NCBI GenBank assembly: GCA_964016885.1
Contig: OZ024740.1
Location: 119,226,001-119,290,000, forward strand
From: Eledone cirrhosa
Taxonomy: Eukaryota
Length of the DNA: 64,000 nt
Direction of reading: 5' to 3'
Part shown: positions 23,171-37,135 of the stretch, one piece after another
How the letters are laid out: each line of letters opens with the position of its first letter
Numbering within the stretch: the stretch's first letter is position 1
Notes under the pieces: generated by a model
What the model was told of the DNA's origin: nothing
Databases searched by the model: none
What the model saw: only the letters and a program-made list of their open reading frames with translations
Program-made: the position numbers and the translations under genes

Positions 23171-24395
23171 GGAGGTGAAAGACAAAAATATTAAATATAA
23201 CATCTCTTGGAAAAAGGTTTCTTCTGCTACCTCATACTTGAACAGTTCTCTATCCAAGACTTGCAATCTCTGTCTAAATGAAAAATTTACCATTATATCT
23301 AATTTAGATTCTATAATAAATAGACGCACTGACTTGTTTTCTCTCTGCTTGCATAAACTCCACAGAACATTCCATAAAGTATACAGCTAATATCCAAAAC
23401 TTTATCAATTTAGAATCCTTTTCTCAAAGGCACATATATATATATATATATACTTCTTTAAAAATATACCCATCTTTCTACCTTATTTCAAAGTTATTTA
23501 TTATACATTATATAATACTTGTTACTCATTCTATATCACTCCTATTCATCACTTCCCTTTCTTCCTCTTTTAATTTCTAACCCCTAATCTGTACCTTTTC
23601 TCACTGTGCCTAACATAGAAACAATTATTACACAATACAATATATTCTTACTTCATATCACCTTGAAAAAATCTTTCGTAAACATAAACATTTTTTTGAC
23701 GTTAGATTATTCATCCTCAATTCATTATTTTTTTCTCACTTTCATGTTTCATCCTATCTTCTACTTTTTTCACAATATATCCTTACTTACATTACCTTTG
23801 CTATTTTTAATAATACATATCAACATTTTCTTTCCATCGCCCATATTATTAAACCCTTAAATATTATTCTTAATACATATTAACAATTTCTTTTCATCGC
23901 ACATATTATTAAACCCTTCAATATACAAACCTTAACTTTACATTATTTTTTCTCTTCGTTAATTTTCAAATTCTTTTAATTTAAACATTATCTTACAACG
24001 GTTTTTCAACCTCTCTATGTAAAACAATATATTTTTCTCAGTTATGAAAGCTATCTCTCTCACTCTCTATCACCCATCTCTCCTCCTATATCATCCTTCC
24101 TCATTATACTCATCCCCCTCCACTTTTTACTCTCATCTCCTCATCTTTTTCATCCTTTCCAACCTCCCTCCTCCCTCAAATATTTTTTTTCCCCAATATC
24201 ACACATCAATCTAAAACTACTTTTCATATGTTGATTTAAAACTGCACTATCCACAAGTGTTTTTTAACCTTCATATCATGGCTTCCTATTTTATCTGATG
24301 AAAACACAAATGTTATTGCATGATGATATTTGTTTTTGAAATGCGCATAATAAAATACATGGAACTCTTTTAACCATCTTTTGATCTTATATATT
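23170..24395 (+). mobile_element. Penelope-like element 3' remnant
   Basis: ORF 23175..23390 YNISWK...Y...SKTCNLCLNEKFTI...INRRTDLFSLCLHK (GIY-YIG C-terminal region), a pyrimidine-rich 3' region and a terminal hammerhead. Confidence 0.75.
24287..24357 (+). ncRNA. Type I hammerhead ribozyme, intact core
   Basis: tattttat CTGATGA aaacacaaatgttatt-gcat-gatgatatttgttttt GAAA TGCGCA TA ataaaata. 8-bp stem I, ~15-bp stem II, palindromic helix III. Confidence 0.85.
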
Positions 24396-24398
24396 ATA

Positions 24399-24435
<37 letters not shown>

Positions 24436-25639
24436 AAGAACAAAAATAATATAAAATAAATATTTTATATATAAAAATTTGATAAGTAATAAATAAAAAA
24501 AAAATATATATATATATATATATATTTAGAAAAGGGTATAAATGCCCATAGCAGACCTCAACAAGTATATATATATATATGTAATGCCTGTGTATGTGAG
24601 TATGTCTGTGTGTATGTGCATATAGGCGTGTGGCTGATTGGTTAGAGAACTGGATTCACAATTCAACATTGCATAATGGTATGTGTTGGTAATAAATATG
24701 GGAAAAGATGTAAAAAAATATCTACAGCTGTCACTCACAATCGGGTATGACTTGGTAGTAAATACGGTGCCTTTTATAAGAGATTTAGCACCCTCGCAAA
24801 TACAAAGCTGGTGCAGACACCTGTTTGATCCTTCTTTTTATCCAGTAGGATAGCTTGAAAGAGTGATGATTGCAGAAGCTCTGGGCTTGTACTTTCTTTA
24901 TCAAGCCCAAAAGGATGACAAGCACAGTGGATCTCATGGGAATTGATGTCAGAGTGCAAAAAAAAAAAAGAAGAAAGTATCACTAGTAATAGTGATAGTA
25001 AATATATTTTAGATATGATGAATTATGAAGAGTTTTCAATTTGATATAATGTGTTCAGCATACAAAACTAACAGGTTTTTTCACATTCTTCTATTGTGGT
25101 TTTATTTATGTATCACCAAACAAAAAATCCTGGGTTTTTTATAGAATATTTTGTGTCATAGAGAAGAGATATTTGAATTCTCTCTTAATGCCCTTTTCAA
25201 TTAAGCCAGAGTTGGCCTGAATCATACCAACATATGATGAAACACAATCTAGCTATCACCATGTCATCAGTATTTGTATTTTTTTTTAAATAGTGTGTGC
25301 TGAATTACATTATTCAATGCATACATTTTAATATATATAGACGTTATATGAAGGAGACTTAGTTGCTATTTCTAGCTGGTCTAGCAACTATACAGTGGCT
25401 TCTTCATTTATGTGGTTATTATAATGTATGCATGTATGATAAAATATTTTCCTGTAAAAGACTAGATTGTTTTCTTTGATTTTCGAATTAATTGTTGTTT
25501 AATGTTTTTTTTATTAAATGTTTCTTAAAATAAATAAACCACTTTTATATTTGGTAGCAAATTAATGTATAATTGCTGGCTTTATTTCTGTATTTTGAAA
25601 AGAGTCCATAAATTTAACTGTCTGTGACATGCCCACTTG

Positions 25640-27100
25640 CTCAAAGCATACCATCTATCTTCCAATTGACCTACTTGTCATATAGATCCCCATGTATGCT
25701 TCTTGCCATAGACAATGTGCTTTCATCCACCAGCATTGTCCAATAGGGCAAATTCTTTGGGCTATCTCTTTGCACTCAGAATAGATGATGTTATGCATAG
25801 TATCATGGCAACATTCAATGTGGTTCCTGGATGATGTGACAAAATGTGAAAATGATCTACCCTGATTTACACTCATTAGAGTAGATCCAACCATGGTGAG
25901 AAATGATCTCAAGATCAACTCATCTAAGTCAGAGGGCTTGAATGTTAAATACGATAGAAAGGGCTTTGATGCCTCCATCATGAATGTGCGATCTGTACCC
26001 CAACAGTTGCAGGTGTCTCCAAAGGAATATTCTCATCCCTGTGTTATGGATTCCTCCCACTGCCCCAATGACGCTTAGGTTTAAACTTCAGCTTTGAGAC
26101 TTTTGTGAATAGATTGTGCCTGAGTGACATATATCTAGTTCTCTTAGAACACATTTGTCATGCCAAAGCGTTTCTATACATTATGCAGTGTCCCTTGTTA
26201 AAATGATGTCTCTCATCCCACAGATATCTAAGCCTTCATCCAGCCTTCGTCTGCTTGGCAACAAGTCACTTTACATGTTAGATATGGTGATTTTTGTCTC
26301 CAGTCTCCCGTTTCATTGGCCTTTCTTTTGTCACTAATCTATTTTCATGCCCTTACCAACAATCTCTACAACACATCAGAGCCTACTATAATCAAAGAAC
26401 TCATGGACGTCTATGTGACTTCAAGTTTACTTGGCCTCAAATTCTTTGGACATCCAATCTCTCAAACACAAAATGTGATAAAACCAGTGTAACAAACCTT
26501 TGGGCAGCCTTGTGCATTTGCTTTTAACCTGTAACATATGGTGTTTCTACTCTGCCTCTCTACTCCATTGTGGTACCAGTCCAAACAATGCACCATGATG
26601 TTCAACTTGAACTCTGCTAAGTAGAGACTATATGTGTGTTGGTATTTCCCTGATTTGCACGCAACACAAATTCAATTGCATATCTGTATTAATGTTTCAG
26701 CACTTCATCCAATTTTATTCCACTTCAATGCCAGTCACCTCCCAATTGATGCCACTCTCAACAAGATTATTAAGTATGGCTTGGATGCTGCTGGCCCATC
26801 ACAGCAATGGGGTAAGACTGAGGATATGACAAAAAAGTTAGATGGCTTCACAATCTTCTCGTTCAATAAAATATAGTAATACTTCCTCAAGTGGCAACTT
26901 GGTGAATTCAACAACAGACCCTGGTTTCTTTGCCCAAATGCTGATGATTACAAATTGTCAAAGTATCAACCACTTTCCAATTAGTTTATCATTGACACTA
27001 GAGTAGTGGGTCCTTGAAGATCTTGCCTATTCATTACTATTGAACTAGAATTAGCCACCTACAGGTATGAACAAGAGAAGCTCTTTCAGTGCCTTTCCCT
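25640..27100 (-). mobile_element. Old, heavily decayed LINE (probably RTE-like)
   Basis: Raised GC and scattered LINE-like peptide remnants on the minus strand. No long ORF. Confidence 0.4.
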
Positions 27101-30100
27101 TGCTATCCTCAGATAAAATAGGGGGAAATCTCTCATTGACTAGTTTCTACTGTTACCCTTTGCCACTACATACTCAAATATATACAAATACAATACATAC
27201 TGCCTTTGCAATTACAATTATAGACAATTGTTTCATGAAGAACTGCTATTTTAGTTTTCAAGAAGACCATGAATTTTGAGTGAGACTGTTGCCAATTGTG
27301 TGTGTGTGTGTTCTTTTTTCTCAGGTATCCAGGACGTGTCTGTTTTGAAAGGCACTCAACACATTTAAAAAACCTTACCTGACATTCTATTTCTATTATT
27401 TAAAAGTCACTGACTGATAAGTTCAGCTGTTGACATACATAAAAGGGAATAAAATAAATACCTACAATTGCAAAATAAATTTGAATTCAAGAAGTTCCTT
27501 AAGGGAGATAAGTATGAGTTGATAATATCAACATTTTTCTTTTCTTTATTAGCGATTATTGAATGTGTGCTTGTGCAATGAAGTCTATCAGATCTAACAG
27601 CATAATATTTCCAAATGGTCTTTGATCAACTGTAAGCTAATGAGATAATTTAAAGATAATGCATTAATTGACTTTTGAACAAAACATCTAAAACAAAAGA
27701 ATGAAAGTAATGATGAAAGAATAAAAGAAACAATTAAACTAGAGTCTGATCTAAAACAAAGTAAAAAACATAAAACATTTTTAATTAAAGAAATGAAACT
27801 TAGATTTAAGAATCTGACTATATGACATCTAAGACCAATTGATATAAAACTGATTCTAACAAAATTCTTCATGCATAAAATTGGATAGGAATTTTTAAGG
27901 AGAGAATAACACTAAAGAGTAAGATAGCTGAGTGTAAAGCAAAGAAAAGTGATATTTATGGAATAAAATAACAAACATTCTGAATTCATTTATACAAAGA
28001 AAAAATATATTGATGATTTATTGCAAGTGAATTACAAGGCCACAGACTTAAATTTTTATTTAAGTTTTATAAGCATGTTTTTTCTCATGTCTCTTAACAA
28101 TATCAGTGAAATAAAATGACAATTCCTTAGAACTGAAATTTTGTTGCAGTTTTGATTCACTCAAAGGATACCATATTTTCTGGCATTCATATGTTAATGA
28201 TAATATAAATAATTTCTAACATTGGCACAAATCTGGAGAAGTATTAAATTGATTAAATGTAGAAATATGGAAAATAAAGCTAATAGCGAATGAGCAAGGC
28301 TGAAAGCATCCAAAAACCTCTACATTTTTAACTCAATGAAAACATTCTACAAATACCAGCTCACAGAAGAGAAATTATGAATTGGTCCATTCATGCACAT
28401 CACACCTACTATATTCTAATCTTTCCTGGAGGCAGGGTTTCTTGATGCTGTGCTGAATAAGACCCGACCCACCCTTGCAAGCAGGGAAAAGCGGATGTAA
28501 ATTGATGATGCTGATGATGATGAAGTGATACTTTAATAAAGTTCATGAGATTTTAATCCATCGGAGCATTTTCAATTTTCTGCATTTTACTTGCTATTCA
28601 GCAGACACAATGGAACACTTTGAAATATGTTTGTACTGGTTTCCTTCATCCAAAGAATCATTAGTGAATTTACAAATTATCCATAATCCTTCTACTAATA
28701 TTTTGTAGCTGACAAATAGTAATAAGCATCTTTCGACAGTTTGATATTCTGCCATTGTAGCTCTCTGATATACTTTTGGATGAAAATATTAATTTCAGTA
28801 ACTGTAAAGAGGATGCTACAAGGAGAAGACATTGTCAGTGGGGAGCAGTCTAACAATGGAGATATTTGAATCGAGCTGCATCACAGACTGTTATTAGACC
28901 CAATCTAATCATTCAGCTATATTGGAACACAGATAAATTCAATGGATACTGTCAACAATAAGAAATTTTATAAGATTATAATAAAATACTGAGGACTAAC
29001 ATTGACTTGAATCTAAAGCTTTAGAAAATCTTTGAGACTAATAGGCAACTATTTGTGATCAGTTGGGGTGATTTCTTTCTTATTTACAATACTTTTCAAG
29101 AGATTACTTATAAAGTTAAGATTTTACGCCAATATGAAATATAATTGTTGAAAATAGCTAAAGATATGTAGATATATGTTATCTCAACTTAAGTCAATAA
29201 AGTGGAAATAGTTGGTATACTCATAAAACTATATGATGTATTCATTATTGGTTTCTGACTAAAGCTTAATTATTATGATTACAAAATTGTCATTTTTCAT
29301 GAGGCCAAACAGGAATTTTACCAAACATTTTGATCAGTTGATTAATTACTCAGACACCTTTATGAGAATATTGAAATAAAAAAGACAATTTCTCATTTTA
29401 GATGAGATCTTGATACAATTATCATTAACACTATTATAATTTTGAGAACAGTGTACTACAATTCCTTTCTATTTTTGATGTACTTCAAAACTTAACATAT
29501 TTCAAAATTATTTACAAGCAACAGAATTTAAATTTCATAAATTCCAACAAAAGTATATAGAGGGAGACAAAAAAATATGTTGTTCCAATAATTTATTTTA
29601 GCCAAGCTCAGAGGAAAAGAAATTTTTGTTTATTTTATTGTAAAAACTGAATACTATGCCCACCAAAATATAAATGAAGCTAATTTAGTAGCTTTATCAG
29701 TTGGTGGAGTTGTTAATATAAATATATATATATATATAATTATATATATATAAAGTTGTAAATCTACATTTTTTCATATGATTTTGCTATTTGTTAATAT
29801 TATTGATATCTGATGTAATAATATAAACAAGTTTGAAAATTTCAAAGGCCAATATTTTTGGAAGATTAAAATACATTTCTGAAAATTTATTTCCAAACAT
29901 TTGATATTATCTTCAGTTGAAGAGTATATTTATTGTCATTGTTTTTTGCCAAGTCTGTTTTGGCCATGCAAGCCTATGATTATCCCTTTCATGACCATAT
30001 CTCAAATGAAATACACCTTATTTCAATTAATGAATGTCGAATTTTGAGTGTTTTACTACAATTATGAATTATTTCCTTACTAAAATATTAACTAAATATA

Positions 30101-31809
30101 TGTGTCTTATATCAAATTAATTTGGAAGAATTAATTTAAATAGGAACCTTTTAAAATTAGTGGTTTTATTTCATAGAACTAGAACCAGTTTTCACCAGGC
30201 TGCTATCAGAAGAGTTAAATGTATTCCAGACATAATTTCCTGTCTACATTTTCCAATGTATTCATACAATTTTAAATGGTAGAAAATGATTTGAGAGAGA
30301 TTTGGTTGTTCTTTCTTAGGTTCCATTACTTTCTTGTTCCCTCAGTTCAACTGTATTAGATGTGACTGAATCAGTTATCTAACACTTATTTCATTAATAA
30401 CCTATAGTTTTGTATCTGGCTGGTTTGACATAAAATCTGTATTAACTTTCTCCTTTTCACGATTAAGAATATAAGAAATATTTATATATTATAGTCAATT
30501 GAAACAGCTAGCACCCTTACTTTAATCACTATTTTCCAGTGCTTAATGAGAAGAAAATATCTTTAAGTTAATATAGTACCTCAAAATTTGACAGATTTAG
30601 AGGTTTTCAATAAACAAATACAGTGTCTTTATGATAATAAACCAAGATTAAGAGAAGCTGTAAAACAATCTATTATTTCTGGGTTCTTCAATACTAAAGG
30701 ATTACAGCACAATCTTATGAAAAACAAACCTGTCAGATTTAGCTTCAGAAATGGAAATAGTTTACTTAGTAGATGGTGAATGCATTTTTACAATTGAAGC
30801 ATGGACAGTGTAAAATATTTGTTATATCTCCTTGCTACATAATCTGGTTTAAAATAGAATTTTGTATACACAGAAAAAGATTGTGGATAATAAGTAGAGT
30901 ATAAGTAATGCAAAATTTGTTGATGGTTGAGACATTACTTTTACTCTGGACAAGTTACTTGACTATCAACAACCCAGTCTACCTAGCAGTAAAGAGTTTC
31001 TGCAGAACAGTGTTTTCATGACTAAAAGCTGAAATAACACTTGCAAGTGTTGTATTTGTTTACAGTGCTGATTTCTATTACTCTCATGAATTTAGCATGG
31101 AGAGTGATGTAGTAGATTAAACTGATGATTGTATCTTCAAATGGTTCATGAGATGTTCCATTACAATTTATAATGTATATAAGAGTGACAGTATGTAAAA
31201 GACCTCTTATGGATTATGAACTTTTATTTATAATAACATCGTATTAAGATAGTTAGATGTAGATCTAATTTGCTTTTATTTAATTCATTAATATCATATT
31301 TGTTTCTTTTAGTGATATCATTATTTGGAAAATTTGTAAGAGATAAACATTTGTAATTGCAGACGATTATCAATGTGATGAATTTGTATACAATACAAAA
31401 TACACGGACATCTTGCTTCGGGCATGGTATTCATCATTAAGAAAGCTATGATTTGGAATTACCTTCATGCTAACAAGCTAAAAATATATCTATTAAAATA
31501 AATCTAAACTCTAATTTTGCTGTGTATAGACAATTTTATTTAATATCTGGTTTAATAATTTTCTATTTGTTAAAGAAACCAAATATTAATAAAATAATTA
31601 ATGTTTTGATTCAAATTTGTCATTCCAGTTGTTTGTAACTTCCTACATATTGGCAAATGTTTTCATAAATTACAATAAATAAATAATTTCTTGACTTGTT
31701 TTAGTCATATTATACAAATTGTGTCTAAACATTCTTAAATGAAATACAATATGTAGGTAGAAATATCATAATACACAGAGGGTTTAACATTACTATGAAG
31801 GGCAGTAGA

Positions 31810-32012
31810 TTACTTGAATCATTAGTGCATCAGATAAAAGCTTAGCAGTATTTTTGTAGCTCATAATCTTTGGAGTTCAAACCTCACTGAGATCAACTTT
31901 GCCTTTCATCCTTTATGGGTCAATAAAATAAAATAACATACTGGGGTCAATATTATTGACTTCACATCCCCACAAATTGCTACACTTGTACCTAAATTAG
32001 AAAATATTATTA
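31810..32012 (+). mobile_element. SINE (ttgcctttcatcctt family)
   Basis: gagttcaaacc...aactttgcctttcatcctttatgggtcaataaaata. Confidence 0.7.
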
Positions 32013-32129
32013 TGAAGATTTAACTAAAACTGCCTAGGAAATTTATCTAACTGATGATAATAGTTATTATGGTTATAGATCAGCTTACATCCTTTATGCT
32101 GATAGATAAGTGGGTCTTTTTCAAAAGAA

Positions 32130-32570
32130 CATAATAATAAGAATCCTCATGTTCCTTTGTCATCGCCATCATGAGGTTCAGCTTCTTAAATTTTGTCTTC
32201 ATTGCTTCATCTCATAACTTCCTAAAGCTACCTCGTATAATTTTTTCATCAACTGAGATGTCTTTGCATTGATGTATACAAAATTGATCTTCCATATGCA
32301 TTACATATCCATATTTATGCAGTCTTCTCTCTTGCACACTATACCAGATTCCCCTATATCGCTGCCAAATTCATGCACACTAATATAACTTATCAACTAG
32401 AGCATATTAGCCTCATCTTGTTCTAGCTTTCACAGATCTTCTGTAGTGAAAACCCATGTAGCATTGCAGTTCACATGCAGGCATCATATAATACACCCTT
32501 CACTCTGTTAACACAGCTAATACCCTACTGAAACTCTTCCTCACTCCACATGTTGATTTGGTCTCCTAGC
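32130..32570 (-). mobile_element. Decayed RTE 3' fragment
   Basis: Similar to the reverse complement of the RRLERNEACM/WYGHV region of the RTE copies. Confidence 0.5.
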
Positions 32571-32574
32571 ATAC

Positions 32575-32615
<41 letters not shown>

Positions 32616-32829
32616 GTGTGTGTGTGTGTGGAGACTGTTTAACTCAGCAATTTCTGCTTCAGGTGTTAAATGCTGCAACTAAGCTCTGGTGCCAAGTGCC
32701 AGAGGATCACTTGGTTCAACCAAGCGGACAAAGATGCCATTCAATCAAAGGAGGCTTACAAAGTTTGATCTGGAAACAAGTCCTCCTTCTTGCATTCACA
32801 GTATAAGCCGGTATGAAAAGTCACAGCAA

Positions 32830-34444
32830 AGATAATAAAGGTGTCCAAAATTTATACATGGGAGGACTTTATGGTTAAGCTGGAATCTAACTTTAGATCA
32901 GCATATAAAGTATTCTGGCAGACTGCCAGCTTTGTAATAAGAAGTCCCCTCCACATCTGCTATCAGTAATGCATCTGGGGTTCTCCTTGCTTCAGAGAGA
33001 ATATTTTGATGATCTCATAAACTCAATTATAACAACATCTTTTGATGTAAATGTGGTACATCTGAGAGCAATGACTATCCTCTGAGAGGTTGAATTCACA
33101 AGAGCAATTAAAGAGCTCAAATGTGACAAGGCCTCTAGGGAGGATGCTTGAGATGTGAAAAACCGATGTTAAACACTTTAAATAGAGGTATTCTCTGGCT
33201 GACTTGCGTGGCCTGGATTTCTGGAAAGGCACTCAAGCAATGGAAGTCAGGAGTGATAATCCCAATTTTCAAAAACAGAGGCAAGAGTGATGGCTCCAAT
33301 TATAGAGGAATCTTCTTGATAAGCATCCCCAGTAAAGTTTATGCTAATTGTCTTTCAAAGAGATGTAGGGATATTGTTGAGTCCATGCTAGCTGATGAAT
33401 TGATGAATAGTGGATATTTTGCCCCTGATGCAGTACAGCTGACCAAATATTCACACTGTGGCAGGACTTTTGGAAGTATTACCAAAAAGTGTATGCTTGT
33501 TTCATAGACTTTGAAAACGCATATGACTGTGTTCCACAGAATCTCTTTTGGAAAATTCTGCAGGAGTATGGGATCAATGGACAGCTTCTTATTGCCCTGA
33601 TTTTTTAATATCCTACTATTTGTGCTCCGATAAATAGTAACAGTTGAAATCATTCAATGTGGGTGTCAGACTCCATTAAGGATGCATATTGTTACTGCTC
33701 CTGTTCATATTCTGCATGGACAGGATTTACATGTTAAACTGAGTTGGAAATGATATGAAGAGTGGCAGGTGTAGGTTTAGTCAGCAGGAACATGGGGATG
33801 ATATATTACTTCTTAACTCACAGCAAGAATGCAAAACAGCACTGTGAAAACTGAGACACTCTTCCTCTCAATGAAGTTTGTGCAATGCACTCGACATGTG
33901 TGTGGAGTTCTATTGAATCATTTGGAGAAGTTCAAGTATCTCAGAATTATTTTCACAATTGATGGAAGCAAGGAAGCTGAATTAAATATAAGAATTACAT
34001 GAGTTGGTGCATTAATGTACCAGCTTCTCCATTTAGCCATCAGAATATAGTGGGTAGATATAAAAGACAAACTTGTATTCTCCAATTTGGTATTCATGCC
34101 AACCCTTAACTATGGTCCTAAATCTTGGGTAATGACTAAAAAAATATGACTGCGAGTACAATTGGCCAAAATAAAGTTCATCGAAAAGGTCTTTGAAGTA
34201 ATGTTACCCAATAGAATGCATATCTCAGAAATTAGGGTGTCACTCCATGTAGAGCTACAACTTCTCCGAATTGGGAGCTCACAGCTCCGATACAGACATG
34301 TTATCAGAGTGTTTAAGGAAAGCATTTCTGGACAAGGGCTTGGCTAGTCCTGCTTAAGGATCCAGCTGAATCAATTGGAGGCGGTTGCTTCTGGCAGGAC
34401 CTACTGGAAGGTGTGTTTGAGAACTCAGCCCCAACAACCCTCTC

Positions 34445-34475
<31 letters not shown>

Positions 34476-34500
34476 AGAAGAAGAAGAAGAAGACGACGAC
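32830..34500 (+). mobile_element. Decayed RTE-like LINE (different family, (GAA)n tail, no PHD insert evident)
   Basis: WKSGVIIPIFK..G..NYRGIFLISIPSKVYA; FIDFENAYD; EKFKYL; LNYGPKSW. (aga)n at ~34445-34495. Confidence 0.75.
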
Positions 34501-34802
34501 GACATACTCTGATAAAACTATCCAATTGTGGATTATTTGTTTGTTGCTCTTGAATAATATAATTTATAAATAGAAGGAAACAATATTTCCTGTGGTATAT
34601 CAGATTTAATTTGAACTGAAAAATCAGAAAATAAGAAAGACTATCTGCAAATAATATAGCCTGAAGACTTCTTATACAAAATATCAATAAGTGAAGTATA
34701 TTTAACAGGAAAGTATCTCTAAAAATAAGCCTCCTTTCAGAAATTTGATTAAGACAAGCATCTTAATGAATTTTTGAATTATATATATGTGTATAAATAT
34801 AT

Positions 34803-34866
<64 letters not shown>

Positions 34867-34879
34867 GGTGGGTGTATGT

Positions 34880-35229
34880 ATATACATATTTTAAAAAATA
34901 ATGAAGTTTCGTTTACATGTACTTAGATTTTTATTCTGTATCGACCAGTTATGGGCGTTTCGCAGAGGATTGGCTCAGGTTCACCCATAGGAGTTATGGA
35001 CTCAACTCCATTAACGATCTGCTTTTGAGACTAGCGGTGCAACAAAAAAAAATAGTGTTTGTTGCTTCACAAGTCCAAAGAACATATCGATAATGGAGGC
35101 ATGTCCATAACTCCTATGGGTGGTCCTGCTTGAGGCAAACCTCTGCGAAATGCACGTAACAGGTTGATACATAATAAAAATATAAATACATGTAAACGAA
35201 ACTTCATTTATTTTTTTCAATATATACAC
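34880..35229. repeat. Long imperfect fold-back element (~165-bp arms) with hammerhead 3' halves
   Basis: aatgaagtttcgtttacatgta / tacatgtaaacgaaacttcatt; cccataggagttatggac / gtccataactcctatggg. The right arm has GAAA TGCACG TA. Confidence 0.9.
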
Positions 35230-35355
35230 TCTGACTGTGCATAGAGGGCTTGTTTTGGTACCATCACCAGTAATTCACTGAATCACCTACACTATGTATA
35301 TATATATATTTAATTGTGTTTCTATGTATATATGTATACTTATATATATATATAT

Positions 35356-37135
35356 CATCATCATCATCATCATCACTTATCATCTATTTTTCTATTCTTG
35401 CATGGACTTGCATGTGATAAATCAGGTCAGGTGACCATGATTTGACTTGCTCATATGTATCTATATTTTGGCTTGGTTTCTATGGCTGGATGCCCTTCCT
35501 AATGCTAATCACATTACTGTGTGGACTGGATGCTTTTTATCGTGATGCAAAATTGACCATCTAACAGGGTGGACTAGGTGTTTTTTGTGATGTCACCAGA
35601 ACAGCCATATTATAGGGTTGAGTGGTTGCTTTTTTTCATGTCAACAACATGACTGCCTAACAGATGGACTCAGTATTTTGTTCTTGTGGCACAGGGTCAC
35701 CTTGCAGGGTGGACTTGGCATTTTTTGTATGTGTCTCCTGGCAGGAGAGGTGCATCAGCATTGAGGAGTGAGGGTGGGGGGAACAAATAAGCAAGATTGA
35801 CATGGGTGATGTACATTAGTTATTTACATGGTTAGGAGTAAAGAGCAGGAGATTGGTGCAGACAAGGAATGTCTACATGTTTCATTCTGTGCCTATACCA
35901 TCACAAGTTTCATTTCTATCCAGTCTTTATAGGTCCTCTGCATACTGTACCAATGTCTCCCTTCCATGCAGCATTGCTGTTTACATGCAACTATCATACA
36001 ATCTGCCTTTCATTTTAAGTAAAAAAGATTTCTAGCTAGCAGTGGTAGTAGCTTCTTGAACTTTGTCCATCTGATTCGCTCTCTAACTACTATAGTTTCA
36101 GAAAACCTACATCGATTGCTAATTTGTTCACCCAGGTAACAGAAGCTATCAATTTTGTGATTTGCAGATACCTCTGAGAATTTAAAGAGCTTATTGCTCC
36201 TGTGCATTGGCCACATACAAAGCCTACATTCTTTGCTAAACTACCTGAGATTCCACTCCATCTGTGACTCCTTTTCTGCACATTGAACAAGATTATTTCC
36301 CTATGGGCCTTGTTTTCCTTCTTACTTACTAGGACTTTGTCTATGTCAAGTTGACAATATGACCATTTGTTGCAAAGTTACATTTCCAGGTTTGGAATGT
36401 ATTCTCTAATTCTATCATGGATTCGTCTGTGAGGGTTAGAGCATATACATACAGGAGTTCCATAGGCAACCAGTCTTAAGCTCTTCTTTTATAGCCTGTA
36501 GGAGAGGCTAACAATGGAGAACTGGTAGATTCTTACTTGCATGCTAAATTCCTCATTATAATTATTGTTACTTTTAACTTTCCTGACTGCTTCTCTGTAC
36601 ATGGCTTGTACTGGCTTCACCTGCCACTCATCTACACCTAGTTTTCTAAGAGCCCACCAGATTATGGAACGGGGGTCTCTGATAAAAGCATTCTCCACGT
36701 CTACAAAGAGCAGGGCTTATTTTCACTTAGTAATTCTGAAGATGTCTTACAAAAAATAGGGCATCATTGGTATTTTTCCCTGGCACAAATCCGAACTGCA
36801 TCTCATCTAAGTTAACTTGGTCCTGAATCAGTTATGCTATATCTCTTTCTATGACCTTCACGACCTGGTCTATCAATTTGACACCTCTATAGTTCCCTTT
36901 CTCTAGTGCATCTCCTTTGCTCTTGTAGCAGTTGATGAGGATGATGCTAAGCCAGTCATTGGGTATGACACCATTCTGTATTACTTGGTTTACAATACAT
37001 GTCGTTTAGTTGTCACCAACCAGCCCAGATGCTTTCAACATCTCAGCAACTACGCCTTACAGTCCAACTTAGTTGCCTGTATCATAACTTTAATTGCCTT
37101 ACAACGCTTCTACTGACTCGTACAGATGATCCCTC
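35356..37135 (-). mobile_element. Decayed RTE LINE (PHD-containing family)
   Basis: WWALRKLGVDEW..VQAMYREAV; SGISGSLAK..FVCGQC; IDSFCYLGE. (cat)n tail and tandem 3' UTR units. Confidence 0.85.

Noticed and set aside
23811-23924. ~55-bp tandem duplication (also 3 x ~21 bp at 37328-37390)
   Set aside because: Ordinary local slippage with no further structure.
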